Source: Ginkgo biloba (taxonomy: Eukaryota; Plantae; Ginkgophyta). Taken from it: a stretch of 16,363 nt of DNA. The notes below the pieces were generated by a model that was not told the origin of the DNA, searched no databases, and worked only from the letters and a program-made list of their open reading frames with translations. The stretch lies in the NCBI GenBank assembly GCA_024626585.2, contig JANKJI020000002.1:243143731-243160093 (forward strand), read 5' to 3'. Of the stretch, positions 7,551 through 16,363 are shown piece by piece. The stretch's first letter is position 1, and every line of letters starts with the position of its first letter. Made by a program: the position numbers and the translations under genes.

Positions 7551-8790
7551 AACAAAGAATTACAATAGCAAATGATTCCAAAATGCCATGGCCCATTGCA
7601 AGTAGCACACCCCAATGTTTAGACNNNNNNNNNNNNNNNNNNNNNNNNNNNNNNNNNNNNNNNNNNNNNNNNNNNNNNNNNNNNNNNNNNNNNNNNNNNN
7701 NNNNNNNNNNNNNNNNNNNNNNNNCTCTATAACAACAAAGAATTACAATAGCAATTATTTTCCACAAGTCCCTAACCCACTGCCAGTAGCACTTCCTCAG
7801 TTTATAAGACATATCTCCTTGCCACGTGCACTTACAACTAGCCCAAAAAGAAATAAATATTAGATGCTATGTTAAGCAATGCCTCTAATACCAATGCAAT
7901 AAAATAAAGGGGAAAATTCTACAAGACTTCTCCAACCCTCAAAATTCCCATAATTGTTGGGAAAGCATATCATTAGATTTCATCACCATTCTACCAAAAA
8001 ACAAAACAACCAAATAAACAAAACCCCGTTGTCATAGACCACCTATCAAAGATGGCCTATTTTATGCGCTATAGTATGACGCATAAAGTTTATGACATCG
8101 CAACATTATTCCTATGACACAACTTCTGCCTCTATGGGCTACCTCGCTTTGGTGTCTTTGATCATGACCCCAAATTCACAAGTGCAATTTAAAATACACT
8201 CTTTAAAACATTAAGAACACAATTTGTGATTTAGCTCAACTTACCATTCAAAAACTAATGAACAAATAGAACGAGTAAGCCACATCCTCATGTATATGTT
8301 GCATAACTACATCCAACAAAAGTTGAGCTCCAAGAAACACTACCTATCCCTTGTCAGCTTGCATAGAACAACTCCTATCATACGTTAATTGACCTCACAC
8401 CCTTTCAAGCTACTTCGGGACATTCTCCCATTACATTTGGCAATCGGATCATCTCCTAAAAATCCATCCAAGTAAACAAAATAATAAACGATATAAGTGG
8501 TGTCATTAAACAAACTCGAGAAAATATGACAAAGCACAACAAATATACAAAGTGTAGGTCAAAAATCGTTGACATGCAAAGTTTGATCTGGATAATGAAG
8601 CCCCCCTACACATCACTTCAATACAAAGNNNNNNNNNNNNNNNNNNNNNNNNNNNNNNNNNNNNNNNNNNNNNNNNNNNNNNNNNNNNNNNNNNNNNNNN
8701 NNNNNNNNNNNNTACAAGTTACATGTTCCAACCACCTTCTAATTGGGGGAAGTGCATCCAACCTTCCATATCTCTTGGCTCAAATGTTAT
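7551..8790 (+). pseudogene. Integrase remnant (HHCC zinc finger, rve core, C-terminal GPY/F-SH3 part)
   Basis: KCHGPLQVAHP (HH); YVKQCL*YQCNK (CC); CWESISLDFITILPK; VVIDHLSKMAYF; LYGLPRFGVFDHDPKFTS; SSTYHSKTNEQIERV; NNSYH..IDLTPFQ; YKLHVP...VHPTFHISWLKCY. Confidence 0.93.
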
Positions 8791-8877
8791 GATCTGATAT
8801 ACACCCCACTAGTTGATGCAACACATGATCACGTACATACCTTCCCCCAAGAAAACAAGGTCGTACTAGCTATTGCG

Positions 8878-9015
8878 ACCACCATTATTTGCAAACAAAC
8901 AAAAACCTTGTGCAGTGAAACCATAATCAAACACCAAATCAAGTGGAAAGGATACTCGACAAAGGAAGTCACCCTGCACACTAAAGAATAACTCCAACAA
9001 TATCCAAAACTTCCT
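8878..9015 (+). pseudogene. Integrase C-terminal chromodomain remnant
   Basis: TTIICKQTKTLCSETIIKHQIKWKGYSTKEVTLHTKE*LQQYPKL (cf. IL..R......EYLVKWKGY..EEATWE...L..YP.L), which is diagnostic of chromoviruses. Confidence 0.8.
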
Positions 9016-9478
9016 CGCAAAAACCAAGTAATAGGTGTATCTACTAAAATAACAAAGCAAGGGTAATTAAAAGCTTCTTGGTCAAAGGATCAAGATCATG
9101 TCCTCGCTAGCATATATATACTCTAAACATGATATATTGTAACCAACTTTTAGTATTGAATCATACTTGGTCACTGAGGACTACCAACAACTCTTAGCTC
9201 CCACTTTTGTTTATGCATGAATGTTCAAGCCTGATTCTACTCTAACATCTTCATGCATGGTCCCTTAGTTACATCCCAAGCATGCCTCNNNNNNNNNNNN
9301 NNNNNCAATATCTACATCTGTAACCCACTCAACACTCTCTTAAACGTAAGGTAATAGATCAAAATTCTTAATGAACCCCAAATTTGGATGCCCCTCTAGA
9401 AAGATCTCTTTGAGGCATTAGCAACCATATTTGATTTCTCTGTCGATTCAATCCCATGTGAAACTTATCGGGTGTCGT

Positions 9479-10754
9479 GGATCACCACTAATGATGTGAA
9501 TTCCTACTCCTACGTGACATTTGCCCAATTTAACCAAGAACCCACAAGTTTGTAGATTCCATCAAGACAAGACCCTCTTACACATTAGTGTTGAATATTG
9601 TGGGATCAATGTTGAGCAAAGAATGAGCTTTGATTCTTTATATCTATCAATTCTTAAAACCTTGTTCATCCAAACCTCTCAGGAGACTCATTGCTTAAAT
9701 CAAGTAATGTTAAAATCACTACCTAACACTATGCTCTTGATAGAGATTAACAACGTAAGAGACCTCTAGAGATATACATGGATCATGCAATGAGACATCT
9801 GCCTTACTCTAGATTGTTGAGATCTTTCTTGATAAAGTACCAACCTTCGCATTTTCTCTCAATGCTCTTAATCTCCACATGACCCCAAAGAATATTAATG
9901 GGCACATCCATGGAGACATATCGTGCGTATCTTCTACTTTTCTAAAGGAACCATCAATCCTCTAAGTTACTTGCACTTGCACACGCTGCACGAGATGACG
10001 ATTCCACTTGGATGATTCAGAGTTTGCCCCCACCAACCCCAAGTGGAAGTCGAACACCAAGTACCTAGAGATCAACACATTTGTAAGTTGGCTTTTGATG
10101 TCCCGTACTTTTTAAAAATCAAGGGAAAATATTAAGGCATTTGTAAAGATTCAAGGGGAACCCTCTCTACATTCATCTCCTGTAGAGACCAAAAATGTGT
10201 AGCCTTTTTCCTTAGAGAGCTTTTTCTTCATAAATGTCACATTCTAAATAAAGACACCCAACAAATTGATGAGGTCCAAAACATCACTCCAATCTTTCAG
10301 TTGCAACCTTAATAGCAAGACATAAATGCCCAACTTGCACATAAGACAATCATGAGACATCAAGAACTATCTACGGACTCTAGCTAAACGCCAACCTCCA
10401 ACACAAACCATCGAGAGATTCCCTAACAAAGTTGTGCAACCCACCAGGAGACATCTTCCCATGGCTAGGAGAGTAGAGGCTAGACCAATAAAGTTCATCT
10501 TATTACCAATTTCTTTTGTAGAGAGGATGGGGGCCTAGCCTTGAGTGTTAGGAGTAGCAAAGAGAAGAGTAGCAACAAAGATAGATAATCCATTCAAACC
10601 ACATAGATCACACAGACAAACATGAGACCCCAAATGACTTGGCAATGGATGATCTCATTAGACAAAGTGTGGGCGATTTTGTCTTAGTGGATGTTTCGTA
10701 GTTTGTTACACCACCACTCTTTGTTCATGCAACATCACATGACAAATAAAAAAA
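9479..10754 (+). mobile_element. LINE copy 2, same family as 1-1188; 5'-truncated, with probable 3' end (AATAAA + A-run)
   Basis: GSPL..VNSYSYVTF (RT C-terminal V-x-S-Y-x-YLGV-x-F) at ~9479-9522; IFLDKVPTFAFSLNA; TINPLSYLHLHTLHEMTIPLG*FRVCPHQPQVEVEHQVPRDQHICKL[deletion]..KIKGKY*GICKDSRGTLSTFISCRDQKCVAFFLRELFLH, colinear with ORF 292-732. Terminal ...FVLVDVS* at 10701; AATAAAAAAA at 10745-10754. Confidence 0.85.
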
Positions 10755-10799
10755 CAATGGAGAAGACCTTTCTAACATACTTCTTAAAAATGAAATTTT

Positions 10800-11930
10800 G
10801 AAGTAAAGAAGAAAGATACATCCCTCCAAGTAGGAGGCCCTTGCAATCCTTTTTTATGCTCTCCTTATATGTTGCAATTATTAGTTTTTCCTTAGCATTA
10901 GAGCTACTATACGCACGCCAATGCAAATGCTTTACTTACTTGTACATATCAATCCCAATGACCAATATTTTATCATTAGCAAACAATAATATAATTTCGT
11001 TTCGTTTCGTTTTCCACGACAAATCTAACCCAATTTAGGACCCTTATTGCTCTGTTTTTTTAATGGGTCAAAGAACAAGGTTCATCTTTGATGAATAAAT
11101 CCTACACATTTCAAGGACCAAAATACGTTGTCAAAATTCCAAAGCAATATCTTTCAATGGAAAATTTAAAGAGGAATCCTTTTGCAAGGTCTGTAGTCCC
11201 AATTTCATTACTCACAAAAGGCCCCCTTATCTTCTTGACCTAATCATGTCTAAGTAGGGTTCCTTTTACACCATAAAATCTCCCAATCAACCCTTTCTCT
11301 CATAAGTTTCCCATTATCATTGCAACCTTTCTTTTGGAATGGTTGGTCTCCCCAAAGATTTTAATGAGAAACAAATTTCCCATTGCTTATCGTTGGACAC
11401 CTTCTAATTCTTTCTATGAGTAACACTAGGTTCGTGCTTCTTCTCTCCTCTCCTTTAATAAAGTCTTCAACTCCTTTAAAATGCCACCAAATCCTTCCTC
11501 GTTGTCGATGATTAATGCACGTGTAGTGTCCATTACTAATATAAAGGCCTCATTGGTGTTAAGGCCTGCCTTCCTCAACTTCTCCTCCATAACTTTGTTG
11601 GGTATTTCCCCTTTAATGACTTTCTATTATTTCATAAAACGATCAAAGGGGTCACAATTTTCTCCATCTTGTTCTATATGTAGGACTTCTCCCATTACCC
11701 CCTCTCTCAAGTAAAGAGCAAATGCCCCTCTTAAATAACATAACTCCTCTCTTGGGGTGTGGTTTCCTCCAATTAAACCAAACAATTGGCTATGCGTTTC
11801 TTTCCAATAAGTTTAATATTGAGAAAATCATTAAAGGGTCACAATCCCACCCTAGTTGTAAGGTTAACCCTTTCCCAAAGGGCAATCCTAAGTCCAAACC
11901 TTCCCTCAGAAATATAACTTATCATTCTTG
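10800..11930 (-). pseudogene. L1-clade LINE ORF1 remnant (DUF4283/RRM-type) with a long N-terminal extension
   Basis: The minus strand reads EKGLIGRFYGVKGTLLRHD*VKKIRGPFVSNEIGTTDLAKGFLFKF (11299-11162), ...FDPLK..IRVLNWVRF (to 11021) and KILVIGIDMYK. These match the plant L1 ORF1 pattern LIG[KR]F..W...W.P......L.KGFF...F / FDP / PVWVRL / RILV.ID. Upstream purine-rich coding-like sequence extends to ~11930. The 3' boundary is approximate. Confidence 0.75.
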
Positions 11931-12190
11931 TGACTCTTAGTACCTTACATGCATTGTCACACAATGCCTACGGTTGGGTGCCACACCCCCCTACTGTGAG
12001 CCACTTTCGAAACCACATAGCCCTCTGCAAGACTTCCATTCCACATAGCCTTCAATTCCTATCAAGTCAATCAATTCGTTAAGCATCATAGTGCATTCAA
12101 GTTTTCAAGCAAGACCATGAGTACATTCCTCATCACATGCGCACACCCCATGAGGCATCAATCATGCACTCCAAGAGACATGTGCCCACT

Positions 12191-12380
12191 GACTAGTGTT
12201 GTGCTAAACGATATCGCACGTTAGCATCACAACACCCAAAGACAATTTTGTTGCATACTTTACAGTTGCCATTTTGCCTTAACAAGATATCCATAACGTG
12301 TGAATTGGAAATCCATTAACTAGTTGTCTACCAAGTGATATCACTTGTCCACACCAACATGCCCAAAGATAGTTTTCTCA
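12191..12380. repeat. Diverged direct repeat (~127-bp period), each copy centred on a GATATC palindrome/hairpin
   Basis: ACTAGT...GATATC...AACA(C/TG)CCAAAGA.A.TTTT occurs at ~12192-12249 and ~12319-12376. Copy 1 folds GTGTTGTG-CTAA/TTAG(CAT)CACAACAC (12196-12235). Copy 2 contains the perfect 16-bp palindrome CAAGTGATATCACTTG (12332-12347). Confidence 0.6.
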
Positions 12381-12487
12381 CGTGTAAATTGGCAATCCTC
12401 TGCATGATTTGCAAATCTAAAACCCCTTTCGAACATGCAAACTATGTGTCTCTACCTTGATGTGAATTCAAACAATTCATGAAACAA

Positions 12488-12730
12488 TCCTCCCTGTACC
12501 CCTTTGCATCTCTCACATCTCAAACACGTGATTATAAAAAAATCAATGAGGGACCCATTTAAAGGGACCACACATCAACTTTGCATTCCTTCTCATGCCC
12601 CTCAGTATCTCATGAAGCCCAAGCACATGTGAAACAAAGAGATGTTGAGGGCCCCATTTAAATGGTCAACCATGCATCACCTTCATTTTCATCCTGACAC
12701 CCCTTCATATTCCACACATCTCAAGCACTT
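12488..12730. repeat. Diverged ~100-bp tandem array (~2.5 units)
   Basis: TGAGGG(A/C)CCCATTTAAA(G/T)GG at 12547 and 12646; CACATCTCAA(A/G)CAC at ~12514 and ~12715, with a weaker intervening copy (CCCAAGCAC, ~12618). Confidence 0.65.
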
Positions 12731-13977
12731 CAACTTTTATCAAAACCATTATATTTTGATAATATTGGATGAAACACAACAAATTTAAAAACGTAGTTAT
12801 TTTAACATTTTCTAGGCAAAGATCCATAAGAGTTTGGATTAGGGATTTGGGAAAATAATTGCAATGTTCAATTCCCATGCGTAGACTTCTCGCCCATGCC
12901 TCAATGCTTGGCACCTTTATAATCATACCATAATAGTGGCTCATTTCCATTATTCCCGCCTTTCGAGGCAACAAATTTTGTCAATCTATTTCAAATGCCA
13001 TGTCATATTCATGGTGCTAAAAGAAAATTCTCAAACACTACTATTTCAAAAGGTGATTGTGAGAACAATGGCATAACAAGTCAGCTTGCAAGTTCATGTC
13101 AAAGTCTATTTCAATGTCACCTGCTCTTAATGTCATTATTGATCCTTTGTTTGTTGATTTAACAATAAATATTCTTGCTCCCAGGACTCTTGTACGTTAT
13201 TGTATAGATGAATCTATTGTGTCCCTAANNNNNNNNNNNNNNNNNNNNNNNNNNNNNNNNNNNNNNNNNNNNNNNNNNNNNNNNNNNNNNNNNNNNNNNN
13301 NNNNNNNNNNNNNNNNNNNNNNNNNNNNTAACACAATTAGACCCTAGAATAAATGCATAAAGAAAACTTGAATCTAATAGCATAAGGATCCTTAAATGGA
13401 TTCATTTAGAATCAAGGAGCTAGAATAAAGGTGTTCAAGTTCTTAATATTTAGGGATAGTTTTAGGCCTAAATAACATCCTTAACCAATGTACTATAATC
13501 TTAGAGTATATGTTTGGGAAATAAAATGGATAGAATTATTCTTATTTTTTCATCTTTAATTCATAAAAATTTTCTACTTTCCTTATTAGAATAAGACATG
13601 TTTGGGAAGTAGGTTCTTCTAGTTTATTCTCTTGTGGGTAATAGGTTCCCCAAAACTTCATTTTTTCTTAGGAAATAGGTGCTCCAAGTATTTTTTATCA
13701 TTATCTCTCTAACTTTCTCTATCTTGATGATTCTTACTAGCTCTTTTGTGACCAAGTGTGATATACATTCATGATTATTTATTACATTTGATATTTATTT
13801 GTAGATATATATGCTTGCTTTTATTTTTAGTTGTAGAACCCATTTGGGTTGCTACACAATCACCTAGTACAGATTTTGCTTAGAGACTAGATTAGAGAGC
13901 AACAAGAGATTTACAGTTATGACGTCCATTCCATATGTAGCCTTGTTAATGGTTTAAACATATTAATAGTAGGAATC

Positions 13978-14400
13978 AAGTCTTCTCATAAGGTCCCTCT
14001 ATGGATAGAAGGAGCCTTTTGCTAATTTTCAAAATCCTTGCTCATCCTTTTAGGGCAATTTTGTTCTCATTAACACCAAAGACCCTTCTACCCTAAGCCA
14101 AATAAACGAGTTTATATGCAAGGTGATCTTTGCGAGGACATCAAAGAAGAGGCATATATTCAATGTGAACACAAATCTTAGGCAAGAGGTGGTATACTTG
14201 GATATCCCAATGCTTGATTTAGTTACCATGCTACTAGATATAAAATTTAATATCATCCCCTTATGAAGAAAAATCAACACAAGCCTACTAACAACCCCTC
14301 TAAAAACTACATCAAAACAAAACACTTTTGCAGATGGTGAGGGGGGCTTAGACTGTAACAGGTAGTGAAGTCTAGAGCTAAGAAAAGATGCCATTGCCAA
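13978..14400 (+). pseudogene. L1 ORF1 remnant with decayed CCHC knuckle
   Basis: HKVPLWIE (13987-14010; cf. PVW[IV]), NKRVYMQGDLCEDIKEEAYIQ (cf. R-V-C-V-x-[VI]-DL), QEVVYLDI/PNA*FSYHATRYKI*YHP (14206-14259). This has exact C-x2-C-x4-H-x4-C-P spacing with the metal ligands mutated. Confidence 0.7.
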
Positions 14401-14599
14401 CATAAAGAACATCCCAAAGGGGGGATATGACCTAATTGCAACCCCCAAGCAAATTCAATTGCCAACTACAAATCTTGACAAAAGAAAGAAGNNNNNNNNN
14501 NNNNNNNNNNNNNNNNNNNNNNNNNNNNNNNNNNNNNNNNNNNNNNNNNNNNNNNNNNNNNNNNNNNNNNNNNNNNNNNNNNNNNNNNNNNNCTTCTTT

Positions 14600-15198
14600 A
14601 CAAACCCGTAACAAAGATGGGATAAATGCCATAGACCCAAACCTTTAGTAAGAAAATCTCCTACCAATCCCTATATAATTAACCATGAAGGAGCCACAAT
14701 ATTTGGCTTTACACTAAAAACCTCACTTTAAGTCATAAAATGTGCAACTCTTACTTTTTCCTCCTGAACATAAAGAAGGTGGGGAAGATGTGACAACTTT
14801 TGTTATCTCCAACCTTAGAAAAAAAGTCACTTCTTAAGGTCATGGCCCTATTCAAAGAGTAGTTGGTTAATACTCTATTGAAATAATGCATTGCTAGATA
14901 GAGTTGATTCATAAGCTTCAAATACTATTGTAGAAAAGAGAAGAGCTTTGCAAGTGAATTATTAATTGCCTCCCCTCAACTTTCTAGGTTTTGTATTGTC
15001 ATTCTAAACTAATTGGGTCTTTTGAAGACAAAGAGGGCGCATCCCTCTCAAATGGCATGCAAAGGAGAATGAGGGCTTGTTTCACATGAAACCGAGTTGG
15101 ACTTCTATAACCCAAATAAACAGGAGGCAAATTCCCAAAAAGTATGGTTTGCATATTCCAAACTTTGGCATAAGCATGATAAAGTGCTCAATCACCCA
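14600..15198 (+). pseudogene. Apurinic-like (APE/EEP) endonuclease of L1 ORF2, remnant
   Basis: IFGFTLKTSL; EHKEGGEDVTTFV (cf. G-x-GGVA); GHGPIQRVV; ASNTIVEK (cf. IYAxN); *IINCLPSTF*VLYCHSKLIGSFEDKEG (cf. W..GDFN....EDK.GG); LDFYNP...VWFAYSK...DKVLNH (cf. D-x-W/P...FTW.N....SRLDR), cut by a gap. Confidence 0.75.
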
Positions 15199-15521
15199 NN
15201 NNNNNNNNNNNNNNNNNNNNNNNNNNNNNNNNNNNNNNNNNNNNNNNNNNNNNNNNNNNNNNNNNNNNNNNNNNNNNNNNNNNNNNNNNNNNNNNNNNAC
15301 GTATGGACATTAAAAAAAGTTCAAGAAGCCATATACACTCTATGGCTTTATTGTGCATGATATACTCTTCAATTGCATTGACCACTGAACTTTTGGTAAT
15401 CTATGAACAATAATAGAATTGCTTTCTTTCTTTCTATATATCTGGGAGTGCTTTCAACCTCAACACCTCCCATCTTTTAATATTTTAAAGATCGCATGCC
15501 TTAAAACACTTGCAGGGTTCA

Positions 15522-15770
15522 GAACCCAGCTCCTAAACAAGATGGTAAGGATGGTTAAATCAACAAGTGAAATAACATTGTGTCAAAAATGCTTCCTTTT
15601 CAGAGGTTATGGAAGACAAATAACATTCCTTGGGAAAAAATGTTGGAACTTAGCTCCTACGTAGCATGGTACAAATAGTTGCATCAACTAGTGGAATGAT
15701 TTTATGTCTGAAATCACTTCCTTGTTTAGAGGTTATGGAAGACAAATAACATCCATTAAGAAAAATATTG
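15522..15770. repeat. ~125-bp diverged tandem duplication within the L1 ORF2 linker
   Basis: Identical 25-mer AGAGGTTATGGAAGACAAATAACAT at 15602-15626 and 15728-15752. Flanking similarity GAAC..AGCTCCTA...ATGGTA...ATCAAC.AGTG starts at 15522 and 15646. Confidence 0.9.
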
Positions 15771-16363
15771 ACAAGAAAGAATCTCATTTTAATGAAGACC
15801 TATAGAAGAAAGTTGCGAAGCTAGTAAAATGATTCTAACTCAATCAAGATCAATTATTCTAAAGGGGCCAAAGGTATCCCACTTAGCGCCACATTACATA
15901 AAGTAGGAAATAGACCCTCCAAACAATTTTTCCAACTCTGAGAAAAAGCATGTAACTAAACAAAGCCATGATCTTCAAACAAGCAACTACAAAGTCATCT
16001 AATCAAGAGGGATATTTTTCTTGATCTGGAGCCAGCAACAAACCATGATGAATCACATGACAACCAAAATAGAATTTCTTGGATTGTAAAGCAAGCCTTA
16101 ATATCTACAAAGTCAACATAGAATCTTTTGTGCCAAAGAAATGTATGAACCTTTGTGCCAAAGGAAGTAAGAGTTCTCGTCTTCTAATACTTAGTCTATC
16201 CATGATATCGTCTCCTGTGCTCAACAAATAGCATATTCCAGTTCATAAAGGCTTCCTCCACAGTCTAATTAGAGTGTTTCAACTATTCATTTGTGGGTTT
16301 GTTGATCTCCTATGCTGAATCAGAGGGGACAAGTAGATTGAGAAATCTGCTTGTAGATGCTCT

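Larger units (their letters stand above)
5231..9020 (+). mobile_element. Ty3/Gypsy LTR retrotransposon, chromovirus type; internal gag-pol region, fully degenerate; LTRs not identified
   Basis: Domain order gag - aspartic protease - RT - RNase H - integrase - chromodomain, all on +, with many stops, frameshifts and small deletions (see sub-features). Confidence 0.95.
13930..15990 (+). mobile_element. L1-clade LINE remnant: ORF1 C-terminal half, APE endonuclease and EN-RT linker of ORF2
   Basis: Motifs appear in the correct order on + across two gaps (see sub-features). Linker motifs are FNLNTSHL (15453-15476; cf. [WF]KLNxSLL) and VGNRPSKQFF (15903-15932; cf. GDRxSKxFF). No RT core is recognisable before the window ends. 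Confidence 0.85.

Noticed and set aside
10487-10503. AATAAA as the 3' end of LINE copy 2
   Set aside because: Homology with copy 1 continues beyond it to the stop at 10701; the better end is 10745-10754.
12705-12974. 89-aa minus-strand ORF
   Set aside because: Non-ATG start, no recognisable domain, and a length compatible with chance.
13330-13915. T-rich segment with a small hairpin (13832-13856) as an LTR or Helitron end
   Set aside because: No PBS, PPT, partner LTR or properly supported terminus; composition alone is insufficient.
14050-14448. 132-aa minus-strand hydrophobic ORF
   Set aside because: It is antisense to the + strand L1 ORF1 remnant. Its hydrophobicity follows from the A-rich sense strand and it has no recognisable motif.
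16000-16363. Continuation of L1 ORF2 into the RT domain
   Set aside because: The expected K[SA]PGxDG / LIPK motifs were not found in any frame I translated; left unassigned.

Overview
AT-rich eukaryotic DNA from a fragmented scaffold with about a dozen N-gaps, most of them about 100-N placeholders. It is almost certainly land plant; fern- or gymnosperm-like is my inference from the element types. I see no intact host gene, RNA gene or CRISPR array: the window is a graveyard of decayed retroelements. It holds (i) two diverged copies of one non-L1-like LINE family (3' part of ORF2; 1-1188 and ~9479-10754, both +); (ii) a short TG..CA LTR-like segment with a tRNA-Met PBS and a decayed gag zinc knuckle (1297-2016); (iii) a very decayed L1 RT fragment (-, ~2490-3000); (iv) a near-complete but dead Ty3/Gypsy chromovirus internal region, gag-PR-RT-RH-INT-chromodomain (+, ~5231-9020); (v) an L1 ORF1 remnant (-, ~10800-11930); (vi) an L1 ORF1 + APE endonuclease + linker remnant (+, ~13930-15990); and several local tandem duplications. 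The most interesting signal comes from aligning the two LINE copies by eye. Their ORF2 continues about 130 codons past the C-terminal zinc finger into a poorly conserved tail. The conserved islands in that tail are three PIP-box-like (PCNA-binding) motifs and a terminal [ED]-F-V-x-V (ATG8-interacting-like) motif just before a shared TCG-TAG stop. All protein calls are manual translations across stops and frameshifts; no database search was run.
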